DNA of 64,000 nt from Shigella phage vB_SsoM_113: sequence record LR746311. One strand, written 5' to 3'. Below, in pieces: positions 55,286 through 64,000 of the stretch. A program made the position numbers and the translations under genes. Numbering within the stretch: position 1 is the first letter of the stretch; every line of letters starts with the position of its first letter. Below the pieces are notes generated by a model. It made no database searches, was not told the origin of the DNA, and saw only the letters and a list, made by a program, of their open reading frames with translations.

Positions 55286-55310
55286 GACTCCTTCGGGAGT
55301 CCTTTTTTCA
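55286..55310 (+). terminator. rho-independent terminator
   Basis: GGACTCC-TTCG-GGAGTCC followed by TTTTTTC. Confidence 0.8.
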
Positions 55311-55319
55311 TTTTACCTG

Positions 55320-55349
55320 TTTACTTTCCAAAATGAGTATGGTATAATA
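55320..55349 (+). promoter_or_regulatory. T4-type early promoter
   Basis: GTTTAC, 18-bp spacer, TGGTATAAT. Confidence 0.7.
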
Positions 55350-55374
55350 GAATTATCTTACAGAGGAGAGCACT

Positions 55375-55581
55375 ATGTTAAATCGCTGGATTAAACCAAA
55401 TGAAGATTTAGATATTATCATTTCACGGCATGTAATGAAGAAATATGAACTACAGCCATGGTCTACAGAAGTTGTTGTGCATTCATTTATGATGTACGCA
55501 GATGGTTCTGTCGAATTTAATGCAGAGATTCGATATGATTATGGCGAGAAGCAAGTTGAATTCAAAAGAGGCTTTTTGTAA
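55375..55581 (+). CDS. hypothetical protein (68 aa)
   Basis: ORF track; SD GGAGAG upstream. Confidence 0.55.
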   Translation: MLNRWIKPNEDLDIIISRHVMKKYELQPWSTEVVVHSFMMYADGSVEFNAEIRYDYGEKQVEFKRGFL

Positions 55582-55919
55582 TGTTTATCTTTAATTGGTT
55601 TAAAAGTTTCTTTACGGATTTTTTCTCTACGACTCCCGGAGAAGGTGTAGTTCCTATTTCAAATGACTACCTTCCTTTAACTGTAGTTGAATATGTTTAT
55701 ATGGGAGATGGAACAGTAGAAGCAGTTACTATGACTTATGAAGAAGCCCAGGAATATTATAAAAATCCTTGGCGTTGGTCAACACCTACATCATCTAATA
55801 CGCAGAATACACAGTCTAGTTCTGATTCATATGATACTAATGTTCCTGTTCATGTGTGGACGGGCGATTCATGTGGAAGTTCTTGTGATTCTAGTTGTTC
55901 ATCTACATCTTGTGATTGA
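55581..55919 (+). CDS. hypothetical protein with Ser/Cys-rich C-terminal tail (112 aa)
   Basis: ORF track; tail [18 protein letters not shown]. Confidence 0.55.
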   Translation: MFIFNWFKSFFTDFFSTTPGEGVVPISNDYLPLTVVEYVYMGDGTVEAVTMTYEEAQEYYKNPWRWSTPTSSNTQNTQSSSDSYDTNVPVHVWTGDSCGSSCDSSCSSTSCD

Positions 55920-55927
55920 GGAAAATT

Positions 55928-56413
55928 ATGGAAGCAATTTTGTTTGAAATGTATATTAGCAGTGATAGCATGGCGTTTGCTAAAGATATTCCAATTACAG
56001 TAGCAGTAATAATTGATAAAAGATATGATAATAACATGTATCTAGTAGAAGATTTTATTTCAATGCCAGTTCCAGAAGATGTTGAAATAAAACTTAAAAA
56101 GATCGGAATTATTGAAACTGTACGAAATTCTCCATTTATGTCAATTCAAGCATTTACTAAATCTAACTATATTGATGTTGCTGAATCATATTATAACAAT
56201 AAACCATTGCCATTATATTCATATGATTCAGTATATGACTGGAAAATAGATAAAGGAAATAAATTTATAATTACGGAAGAAAATGCGCTGTCATATTTTA
56301 TTACCTCTTTATGGAATAGTTTAAATCCAAATTTGCTAAAAATTCATAAATTTGACGATGCTCCTACTATTGTTTTAGGTAAAACAAATGAAAGTTCTGA
56401 AGAAGATGCTTGA
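55928..56413 (+). CDS. hypothetical protein (161 aa)
   Basis: ATG at 55928 after GAGGAAAA. Confidence 0.55.
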   Translation: MEAILFEMYISSDSMAFAKDIPITVAVIIDKRYDNNMYLVEDFISMPVPEDVEIKLKKIGIIETVRNSPFMSIQAFTKSNYIDVAESYYNNKPLPLYSYDSVYDWKIDKGNKFIITEENALSYFITSLWNSLNPNLLKIHKFDDAPTIVLGKTNESSEEDA

Positions 56414-56591
56414 ATGGTTCAATAGACCAAACTCAATGTATATTGATGATGGTTGGGTTGAACAAGCAAATAAAGAAATGCAGAACGAATCGGAAGAATG
56501 GATGAAATCAATGATTAGTGCTGAGAAAGAAAAGAAATTAGAACGCTCAGCGCTTAAATTGATGAGAGACATCTATGGGGATAAATCATGA
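56388..56591 (+). CDS. hypothetical protein (67 aa or shorter)
   Basis: ORF track; start uncertain. Confidence 0.4.
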   Translation: MKVLKKMLEWFNRPNSMYIDDGWVEQANKEMQNESEEWMKSMISAEKEKKLERSALKLMRDIYGDKS

Positions 56592-56744
56592 ACAGAGATA
56601 TGACATTAGAAGAGGCTAAAGCTAAAGCAAATGAAGCAATGGATTTGCTTCTTAAAATTGGCAGTAAAATGATGGAAGAAAATGAGAAATATATCCAGGA
56701 AAACAAAATTCCTGACGGTCCATTAGTAGGCAAAAGGAAATCAC

Positions 56745-57215
56745 ATGATTGAAGTAGCAAAACATTATTCAATAGAATTTATGTCTAAAGAAGGTAAATC
56801 AGTAAATGCACTTGATAAAAAATGCTCATTAATTATTCCTTTAGTAGAAAATCCGGATCTTTTAATTAAAGATATAAAAGAAAGAAAATATCCAGAAAAT
56901 GTTATTCTAATTATAAAGCATACTGAAGATATTTTACAGAATACTGATTCACCGTTTTCTTCTTCTGAAGCTTTAACTATTAAAGGCTATAAAAGAGCCC
57001 ATGAATATGGTCTTTTTGACCTGTTTGAAGACGATAAAGTTAAATTAGCGAGTCAACCTTCTAAAAGTAAAACATTCATTATTGAAGATATTAAAGATAT
57101 AAATGCATTTGTTAAGATGGTCTGGGCTCATTTTGACGTTGGACTACGCTGGAGAATATCCGAAGAAGAAAGAAAGATTATTGAAGCTAATCGTTATTTT
57201 GGTTTTTATCGCTAG
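56745..57215 (+). CDS. hypothetical protein (156 aa)
   Basis: ORF track; line-numbering reads 1 nt off the track here. Confidence 0.55.
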   Translation: MIEVAKHYSIEFMSKEGKSVNALDKKCSLIIPLVENPDLLIKDIKERKYPENVILIIKHTEDILQNTDSPFSSSEALTIKGYKRAHEYGLFDLFEDDKVKLASQPSKSKTFIIEDIKDINAFVKMVWAHFDVGLRWRISEEERKIIEANRYFGFYR

Positions 57216-57223
57216 GAATTAGT

Positions 57224-57406
57224 ATGGATTTATTTGAGATGTTAGAAGATAATCATTCTACGAATATCCAGAATGATTCTAGTGATTATAAGAAAGAGTA
57301 CCGTATAGTATTACAGAATTATGGAATTGAAGCCCCAGATGCTCTTCTAGAAGAACTAGCTTCATACCATCTTGACCCTCCGCCTTGGGCTCCCTGGGCA
57401 AAATAA
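57224..57406 (+). CDS. hypothetical acidic protein (60 aa)
   Basis: ORF track. Confidence 0.5.
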   Translation: MDLFEMLEDNHSTNIQNDSSDYKKEYRIVLQNYGIEAPDALLEELASYHLDPPPWAPWAK

Positions 57407-57417
57407 TTCAAAAAGTT

Positions 57418-57447
57418 GTTTACTTTCCTTCCTAACAATGATATGAT
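57418..57447 (+). promoter_or_regulatory. T4-type early promoter
   Basis: GTTTAC, 18-bp spacer, -10 TATGAT. Confidence 0.6.
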
Positions 57448-57473
57448 AGCTTCTGAAGTATATGGAGGCTATC

Positions 57474-58097
57474 ATGATTATTAATCTCGCAGATGTTGAA
57501 CAGTTATCTATAAAAGCTGAAAGTGTTGATTTTCAATATGATATGTACAAAATGGTCTGTGAAAAATTTACTGACTTTGAACAGTCAGTTCTTTGGCAGT
57601 GTATGGAAGCCAAAAAGAATGAAGCTCTTCATCGGCAGTTGAATAAAATCGTTAAAAAGCATTTAACTAAATCGCCTTATCAGCTATATCGTGGTATATC
57701 AAAATCGACAAAAGAACTCATTAAAGATTTACAAGTTGGAGAAGTGTTTTCAACGAACAGAGTAGATTCATTTACTACTAGTTTGCACACAGCATGTGGT
57801 TTTTCTTATGTTGAATATTCCACTGAAATAATATTTCGCTTAAAAACTGACAAAGCTTTTAATTATTCTGACCATATCAGCGATATTATACTTTCTTCTC
57901 CTAATACTGAGTTTAAGTATACATATGAAGATACTGATGGATTAGATTCAGAACGTACTGATAACTTAATGATGATTGTACGTGAACAAGAATGGATGAT
58001 TCCAATTGGAAAGTATAAAATAACTTCTATTTCAAAAGAAAAATTACACGATTCATTTGGAACATTTAAAGTGTATGATATTGAGGTAGTTGAATGA
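57474..58097 (+). CDS. modB: ADP-ribosyltransferase ModB-like
   Basis: 207 aa from ATG 57474 after GGAGG; paralog of next ORF; size and order match T4 modB then modA (recalled). Confidence 0.7.
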   Translation: MIINLADVEQLSIKAESVDFQYDMYKMVCEKFTDFEQSVLWQCMEAKKNEALHRQLNKIVKKHLTKSPYQLYRGISKSTKELIKDLQVGEVFSTNRVDSFTTSLHTACGFSYVEYSTEIIFRLKTDKAFNYSDHISDIILSSPNTEFKYTYEDTDGLDSERTDNLMMIVREQEWMIPIGKYKITSISKEKLHDSFGTFKVYDIEVVE

Positions 58098-58696
58098 AAT
58101 ATTCAGCAATGCAATTAAAAGATTTTAAAATAAAATCAATGGATGCATCGGTGCGTGCTTCTATTCGTGAAGAATTACTTTCTGAAGGATTTAATTTATC
58201 CGAAATTGAACTTTTAATTCATTGTATTACTAATAAGCCAGACGATCATTCTTGGTTAAATGAAATAATCAAATCTCGTTTGGTTCCAAACGATAAACCT
58301 CTTTGGAGAGGTGTTCCAGTTGAGACTAAGAAGGTGTTAAATCAAGGAATTGATATTATTACATTTGATAAAGTAGTATCAGCTTCATATGATAAAAATA
58401 TAGCTCTACATTTTGCTTCTGGATTAGAATACAACACACAAGTTATTTTTGAATTCAAAGCTCCTATGGTGTTTAATTTCCAGGAGTATGCTATAAAAGC
58501 TTTACGTTGTAAAGAATATAGCCCGAGTTTTAAATTTCCGGATAGCCATCGTTATCGTAATATGGAATTAGTTTCAGATGAACAAGAAGTAATGATACCA
58601 GCTGGAAGTGTATTTAGAATTGCGGATAGATACGAGTATAAAAAGTATTCAACATACACTATCTATACTCTTGATTTTGAAGGATTTAATCTATAA
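58094..58696 (+). CDS. modA: ADP-ribosyltransferase ModA-like
   Basis: 200 aa; paralog of preceding ORF (shared LWRGV/LYRGI and EQEVMIPAG/EQEWMIPIG segments). Confidence 0.7.
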   Translation: MKYSAMQLKDFKIKSMDASVRASIREELLSEGFNLSEIELLIHCITNKPDDHSWLNEIIKSRLVPNDKPLWRGVPVETKKVLNQGIDIITFDKVVSASYDKNIALHFASGLEYNTQVIFEFKAPMVFNFQEYAIKALRCKEYSPSFKFPDSHRYRNMELVSDEQEVMIPAGSVFRIADRYEYKKYSTYTIYTLDFEGFNL

Positions 58697-58751
58697 TGGA
58701 AGGACTTAGATTCATTATACCATGAAAGTTTTAAAGCATTTTCATAAAGTT

Positions 58752-58781
58752 GTTTACAAGTTGAAGTAAAAATGTTATAGT
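58752..58781 (+). promoter_or_regulatory. T4-type early promoter
   Basis: GTTTAC, 18-bp spacer, -10 TATAGT. Confidence 0.6.
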
Positions 58782-58810
58782 ATAAGTAGTTAACCGTCCG
58801 TGAGAAAAAT

Positions 58811-59557
58811 ATGAAACTGTCTAAAAATCAAATTCGTAAAATTACACGTCGTCTAGAGCATACCCAGGCATCTGCTAAAAGACGTTCTAAAGATTTTAAC
58901 TTAGACTTCAATTACATTAAGAACATTTTAGATCAGAAAGTTTGCGCTTACTCGGGAGAACCTTTTGATAATCGTATTGAAGGAGAGAAATTATCATTAG
59001 AACGTTTTGATAATAACGTTGGATACATTAAAGGGAATGTTATTGCAGTAAAGAAAAAGTACAATACATTTCGTTCTGATTATACTTTAGAAGAGTTGAT
59101 TGAAAAGCGTGATTTATTTGCTTTGCGAATTGGTCGTTCATCTGCGAAAAAAGTTCATAAACTAAATTTAGATGAAAAGAAATGGGCTAAAATCAAAAAG
59201 ACTTATAATCAAATTAAAGCTATACAGAAAAAACGTGAAAACCGAATTGAGCACATTTCTCAGCTTTCTAAATCAAAACAGACCTCTGACGTTAAGCTAA
59301 CGATTGTAGCACTCAAAGCTCGTATTGATGGTTCTCGTATAGCAGAAGGTGCTGAAGTTGTTAAATTGAACGTTCTTCTTAAAGGCTCTGATTGGAAAAC
59401 TGTGAAAAAGTTGTCAGAAGCAGAAATGCAATATGATATGTGTGATAAAATTATTCAAGGTGTAGAGCGGTATCAAAACTTGTCTTTTATTGATAAACTT
59501 AAACTAAAAAGAGGATATCCGCTAAATTGTTCAATTTTTAAACTTATCCGAGGATAA
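58811..59557 (+). CDS. srd: Srd-like protein (248 aa)
   Basis: Size and position between modA and dda match T4 srd (recalled); sequence not verified. Confidence 0.45.
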   Translation: MKLSKNQIRKITRRLEHTQASAKRRSKDFNLDFNYIKNILDQKVCAYSGEPFDNRIEGEKLSLERFDNNVGYIKGNVIAVKKKYNTFRSDYTLEELIEKRDLFALRIGRSSAKKVHKLNLDEKKWAKIKKTYNQIKAIQKKRENRIEHISQLSKSKQTSDVKLTIVALKARIDGSRIAEGAEVVKLNVLLKGSDWKTVKKLSEAEMQYDMCDKIIQGVERYQNLSFIDKLKLKRGYPLNCSIFKLIRG

Positions 59558-59558
59558 T

Positions 59559-59870
59559 ATGTTTTATGTATATGCGATAGTGTATAGAGACAAAGATGGA
59601 TTTGCAGTGCCTGTTCCTCTTGATGAACACCGCCCTGCTGTATTTTTTGAAAGGGAGATTGCTGATAAAGTATTTACCACTCTTAAAGAGCAGTATCGAC
59701 TAGCTTTGGGTATGGGAATTCCGAGATTAGTTGAGACTCCACGTAAGTTTTGGTTTAATAAAATAGAAGTTAAACATGTTAAGCCTGATGTAGACACGCA
59801 AAGATTATATCGGCGAATTTTAGATACTGGGCGTATTGTTAGTATACCAATTGCAGGGAATTTACGATGA
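59559..59870 (+). CDS. hypothetical protein (103 aa), dda.1 position
   Basis: ORF track; overlaps dda start. Confidence 0.55.
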   Translation: MFYVYAIVYRDKDGFAVPVPLDEHRPAVFFEREIADKVFTTLKEQYRLALGMGIPRLVETPRKFWFNKIEVKHVKPDVDTQRLYRRILDTGRIVSIPIAGNLR

Positions 59871-61186
59871 CATTTGATGATTTGACCGAAGGCCAGAAAA
59901 ATGCCTTTAACATCGTTATGAGGGCTATTAAAGAAAAGAAACATCATGTAACTATTAATGGACCTGCTGGTACTGGTAAGACTACTCTTACTAAGTTCAT
60001 CATTGAAGCTTTAATATCTACAGGCGAAACTGGCATTATTTTAGCAGCTCCTACTCATGCAGCTAAAAAGATTCTTTCAAAACTATCAGGGAAAGAAGCG
60101 AGTACTATTCACAGTATTCTCAAAATTAACCCGGTAACATATGAAGAAAACGTTCTTTTTGAACAAAAAGAAGTACCGGATTTAGCTAAATGTAGAGTAT
60201 TAATCTGCGACGAAGTGTCAATGTATGATAGAAAGCTATTTAAAATTCTGCTTTCAACTATCCCGCCGTGGTGTACTATAATTGGAATAGGCGATAATAA
60301 GCAAATTAGACCTGTTGACCCAGGAGAAAACACTGCTTATATCAGTCCATTCTTTACACACAAAGATTTTTATCAGTGTGAACTCACTGAAGTTAAACGC
60401 AGTAATGCTCCTATTATTGATGTAGCTACTGATGTTCGCAACGGTAAGTGGATTTATGATAAAGTTGTTGACGGGCATGGAGTACGTGGATTTACTGGTG
60501 ATACCGCTTTACGCGATTTTATGGTAAATTATTTTTCAATCGTAAAATCACTAGATGATTTGTTTGAAAATCGCGTAATGGCATTTACGAATAAATCTGT
60601 CGACAAGTTAAATAGCATTATTCGCAAAAAGATTTTTGAAACTGATAAAGATTTTATTGTCGGTGAAATTATTGTAATGCAGGAACCATTAATTAAAACA
60701 TATAAAATTGATGGAAAGCCTGTGTCAGAAATTATTTTTAATAACGGACAATTAGTTCGTATTATAGAAGCAGAGTATACATCAACATTTGTTAAAGCTC
60801 GTGGTGTTCCTGGAGAATATCTAATTCGTCATTGGGATTTAACAGTAGAAACTTACGGCGATGATGAATATTATCGTGAAAAGATTAAAATAATTTCATC
60901 TGATGAAGAGCTGTATAAGTTTAACTTATTTTTAGGTAAAACGGCAGAAACTTATAAAAATTGGAATAAAGGTGGAAAAGCTTCATGGAGTGATTTTTGG
61001 GATGCTAAATCACAGTTTAGTAAAGTGAAAGCACTTCCTGCATCAACATTCCACAAAGCTCAGGGCATGTCTGTAGACCGTGCTTTCATCTATACACCTT
61101 GTATTCATTATGCAGATGCTGAATTGGCTCAGCAGCTTCTTTATGTTGGTGTCACTCGTGGTCGTTATGATGTGTTTTATGTGTGA
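59867..61186 (+). CDS. dda: Dda DNA helicase (SF1B)
   Basis: 439 aa; Walker A GPAGTGKTT; MTFDDLTEGQKNAFNIVM matches recalled T4 Dda. Confidence 0.96.
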   Translation: MTFDDLTEGQKNAFNIVMRAIKEKKHHVTINGPAGTGKTTLTKFIIEALISTGETGIILAAPTHAAKKILSKLSGKEASTIHSILKINPVTYEENVLFEQKEVPDLAKCRVLICDEVSMYDRKLFKILLSTIPPWCTIIGIGDNKQIRPVDPGENTAYISPFFTHKDFYQCELTEVKRSNAPIIDVATDVRNGKWIYDKVVDGHGVRGFTGDTALRDFMVNYFSIVKSLDDLFENRVMAFTNKSVDKLNSIIRKKIFETDKDFIVGEIIVMQEPLIKTYKIDGKPVSEIIFNNGQLVRIIEAEYTSTFVKARGVPGEYLIRHWDLTVETYGDDEYYREKIKIISSDEELYKFNLFLGKTAETYKNWNKGGKASWSDFWDAKSQFSKVKALPASTFHKAQGMSVDRAFIYTPCIHYADAELAQQLLYVGVTRGRYDVFYV

Positions 61187-61192
61187 GGATAT

Positions 61193-61453
61193 ATGATTAA
61201 CATCAATTCAAAATATTTAAATCGTCTAATAGATGGTATAAAGAAGCATACTGATAAGCAAGATAACCTCAGTGTTATGATAACAGGAGCTGAGCTCCTT
61301 TATAAGCTTAATCTTATAAGTGATACTATACTAGCAATTAAACGAATTGAAAAACAATCATATCATAGTAATACAGACACGGTAATTACGCTAGATGAAA
61401 GTGTCTGTAAGCTGCTGATTAAATTTGAGGAAGCTATTCGTGGAAATAACTAA
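61193..61453 (+). CDS. hypothetical protein (86 aa)
   Basis: ORF track; SD GAGGA upstream. Confidence 0.55.
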   Translation: MININSKYLNRLIDGIKKHTDKQDNLSVMITGAELLYKLNLISDTILAIKRIEKQSYHSNTDTVITLDESVCKLLIKFEEAIRGNN

Positions 61454-61685
61454 AGATCAGTTTTATCTTCTTCAAGATAAAGTAAGCGAAATTTATGAAA
61501 TATCTTATAGTAAAAATTATGAAACTGTAAAAATTGAGTCTAGTAAGTTAATGCTTCAATTGGAAGAAATTGAACGAGATTTGACTGCGTTAGAATTCTT
61601 TTGCGGTAGAGTGAAAACTGTCACAATCAGTGATTATATTTTAGGTGAAATTAGCCATCTTTATAAGGCGATTATTAATGTTTGA
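61425..61685 (+). CDS. hypothetical protein (86 aa)
   Basis: ORF track. Confidence 0.5.
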   Translation: MRKLFVEITKDQFYLLQDKVSEIYEISYSKNYETVKIESSKLMLQLEEIERDLTALEFFCGRVKTVTISDYILGEISHLYKAIINV

Positions 61686-62361
61686 TTTTATTATAGATTT
61701 TGAAACAATGGGAAGCGGTGAAAAGGCAGCTGTTATTGATTTGGCTGTTATTGCCTTTGACCCTAATCCAGAAGTAGTTGAAACATTTGATGAATTAGTT
61801 TCACGTGGCATTAAAATCAAATTTGATTTAAAAAGCCAAAAAGGACATCGTCTTTTTACTAAAAGCACTATCGAATGGTGGAAAAATCAGTCTCCTGAAG
61901 CTCGAAAAAATATTGCACCATCAGATGAAGATGTAAGCACCATCGATGGTATTGTAAAATTTAATGATTATATCAATGCACATAACATCGATCCTTGGAA
62001 ATCTCAGGGCTGGTGCCGTGGAATGTCGTTTGATTTTCCAATTTTAGTCGATCTCATTCGCGATATTCAACGTCTTAACGGCGTTTCCGAGAATGAGCTT
62101 GACACATTTAAGTTAGAACCTTGTAAATTCTGGAATCAGCGTGATATTCGTACCAGAATTGAAGCACTTCTGCTTGTTCGTGATATGACCACATGTCCTC
62201 TTCCAAAGGGAACTTTAGATGGATTCGTTGCACATGATTCTATTCATGACTGTGCGAAAGACATCCTGATGATGAAGTATGCTTTGCGGTATGCTATGGG
62301 TCTTGAAGATGCTCCGTCAGAGGAAGAGTGCGATCCTCTGTCTCTTCCAACAAAACGATAA
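61678..62361 (+). CDS. dexA: exonuclease A (DnaQ-like 3'-5' exonuclease)
   Basis: 227 aa from ATG 61678; N-terminal FDFIIDFET acidic exonuclease motif; position after dda. Confidence 0.8.
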   Translation: MFDFIIDFETMGSGEKAAVIDLAVIAFDPNPEVVETFDELVSRGIKIKFDLKSQKGHRLFTKSTIEWWKNQSPEARKNIAPSDEDVSTIDGIVKFNDYINAHNIDPWKSQGWCRGMSFDFPILVDLIRDIQRLNGVSENELDTFKLEPCKFWNQRDIRTRIEALLLVRDMTTCPLPKGTLDGFVAHDSIHDCAKDILMMKYALRYAMGLEDAPSEEECDPLSLPTKR

Positions 62362-62384
62362 AAAGTAGCTATTTTGAATTAATA

Positions 62385-62414
62385 GTTTACAAACTCTTGG
62401 GACCAGAGTATAAT
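62385..62414 (+). promoter_or_regulatory. T4-type early promoter with perfect 7-bp flanking dyad
   Basis: GTTTAC, -10 TATAAT; inverted repeat GGGACCA / TGGTCCC. Confidence 0.65.
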
Positions 62415-62458
62415 GGTCCCGTGGAGTATAAAATCTTTTTAACAAGTGAGAGATAACT

Positions 62459-62956
62459 ATGATTATTAATATTGGTGAAATTGCTCGTGTATCTGATAAA
62501 TCCCGTTCTAAAGCAACAGGAAAATTGGTTGAAATTGTAAGCATTCAGCTTAAACATGGTGTTAAAGATGAAGATTCTGAAGTAAAAGTGCGTATCATTC
62601 CTAAAGATGGAAAGTCTAAACCTCAGTTTGGCTATGTTCGTGCGAAATTTCTTGAATCTGCGTTTTTGAAAGCTGTTCCTGCTAAAGGAATTGAAACGAT
62701 TGATACTTCGCACGTAGGTGTAGACTTTAAGTGGAAACTCGGTCAAGCTATTAAGTTCGTTGCTCCTTATGAATTCGAATTTACTGAAGATGAGGAAGGG
62801 GTTGTTCAAAAACACCGTACTCGCGCTATGTGTGCATACATTACCGATCAGTGGGTAGAAGATGGCGTTAAGTTGTACAACGCGGTATTTTTAGGAACAT
62901 ACAAAGTCATTCCTGAAAGTTGGATTAAACACTATAGCAAAGCCCGCTATGCATAA
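62459..62956 (+). CDS. hypothetical protein (165 aa)
   Basis: ORF track; SD GAGAGA upstream. Confidence 0.6.
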   Translation: MIINIGEIARVSDKSRSKATGKLVEIVSIQLKHGVKDEDSEVKVRIIPKDGKSKPQFGYVRAKFLESAFLKAVPAKGIETIDTSHVGVDFKWKLGQAIKFVAPYEFEFTEDEEGVVQKHRTRAMCAYITDQWVEDGVKLYNAVFLGTYKVIPESWIKHYSKARYA

Positions 62957-62980
62957 AGTTTAAAATTTTTTCATAAAACT

Positions 62981-63010
62981 ATATACATCGGTAGTTGATT
63001 ATGGTACTAT
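62981..63010 (+). promoter_or_regulatory. early promoter cassette variant with degenerate -35
   Basis: ATATAC in place of GTTTAC, then TGGTACTAT; leader near-identical to the 3195-3240 leader. Confidence 0.45.
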
Positions 63011-63053
63011 ATCAATATCAACTACTGATACAGAAAACAACTTGGAGAATAAA

Positions 63054-63323
63054 ATGGAAAATTTAATTATCATCGAACAATCTTTCAACGATTATGGTAT
63101 GGCTTACGGTTATCGTGCGATAATGGAAGATTCTCGTGGATGTGTTATCGATATTGCAGAATGCAAAGATTTACTGCAGCTTTTGAAGATTGTTCGCAAA
63201 AATTGGGATTGTGAAAACATTAAAGCTCGTGTTGTAACGGAAGAAGAAACTGTTTTTCATGATGTAAAATTCGCCAAAGGTGCTGCTACTCTTCTGAAAC
63301 GCATCGCTCCACTGTTCAATTAA
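63054..63323 (+). CDS. hypothetical protein (89 aa)
   Basis: ATG at 63054 after GGAGAATAAA, same leader as ORF 3238. Confidence 0.55.
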   Translation: MENLIIIEQSFNDYGMAYGYRAIMEDSRGCVIDIAECKDLLQLLKIVRKNWDCENIKARVVTEEETVFHDVKFAKGAATLLKRIAPLFN

Positions 63324-63336
63324 TGAGGAAATTGTA

Positions 63337-63552
63337 ATGAAACGTAAAACTGTTCAGAAATGCACTAATGACGAATTTGAAGATGTATTATTCGATCCAG
63401 ATTTGGTAGTAGTTCAAAAGGAACACACTGCTAAGTTTACTCACTTGACTTCGGTTTATGTGTATGAAAAGGTTGGTGATAAACACCCTATTTACGGTGT
63501 ATTCCGTGAAATTACTGAAGATGGCACAACTTACTGGAAGGAAATTTATTAA
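63337..63552 (+). CDS. hypothetical protein (71 aa)
   Basis: ORF track; SD GAGGAAA upstream. Confidence 0.55.
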   Translation: MKRKTVQKCTNDEFEDVLFDPDLVVVQKEHTAKFTHLTSVYVYEKVGDKHPIYGVFREITEDGTTYWKEIY

Positions 63553-63965
63553 TGGCTATTAAATTTGAAGTTAATAAATGGTATCAATTTAAAAATAAAC
63601 AAGCTCAAGAAGCTTTTATTGAAGACCATGCTGAGAATAAAATTTATGCAAAACGTTTAGGTATGCAACCTTTTAAAATCTTGGATGTTGATTCTCTTCA
63701 AACTCCAACTAAAATTATGACATCTAACGAAACACTATTTTTATATAGAGATACTTGCGATGAAAATTATATTTGTCTTTTAGCGGACGATGCAGAGTTC
63801 TTTGATGAAGTGGAAAATCCATATCAGGCAGCTGAAGAGCAAGAGCAGGAAGAGCAAGAACAAATAGAAGATTTCACAGAATTTCCTGTCATGAAAGTTA
63901 CTATTGAAAATAATGAACAGGCATGGTCCTTGTATCAGATGTTGAAAGCACACTTTAAGGAATAA
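63552..63965 (+). CDS. hypothetical acidic protein (137 aa)
   Basis: ORF track; [10 protein letters not shown] acidic tract. Confidence 0.55.
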   Translation: MAIKFEVNKWYQFKNKQAQEAFIEDHAENKIYAKRLGMQPFKILDVDSLQTPTKIMTSNETLFLYRDTCDENYICLLADDAEFFDEVENPYQAAEEQEQEEQEQIEDFTEFPVMKVTIENNEQAWSLYQMLKAHFKE

Positions 63966-64000
63966 TTATGCCAATGTATGATTATAAATGCCAATCCGAA

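Overview
This 64-kb window reads as one contiguous stretch of a T-even (T4-like) coliphage genome, with essentially every gene on the + strand. All identifications are from reading the sequence and from recalled T4 protein sequences; no database search was run. In order it carries: a 5'-truncated GIY-YIG homing endonuclease, a six-tRNA cluster, two capsid-targeting-sequence (internal-protein-like) genes, nudE, e (lysozyme), denV, a GrcA-like glycyl-radical gene, regB, a macro-domain gene, tk, rI, a long block of small and mid-sized unknown ORFs, nrdC, gene 49, nrdD (intronless), nrdG, nrdH, gene 55, a-gt, 47, 46, 45, 44, 62, regA, 43, imm, 42, a glycosyltransferase unlike T4 beta-gt, uvsX, 40, 41, dmd, sp, 61, 56, soc, modB, modA, dda and dexA. 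Many T4-type early promoters (GTTTAC, about 18 bp, TAnnAT), a few MotA-box middle promoters, late TATAAATA boxes and GC-rich tetraloop terminators are visible. The most likely places for undescribed biology are the expanded block between rI and nrdC (tandem paralog families, a Pol-beta-type nucleotidyltransferase, an AAA+ ATPase), the CTS-bearing small proteins, and a lone antisense small membrane ORF between genes 61 and 56. Manually derived coordinates may be off by 1-2 nt.
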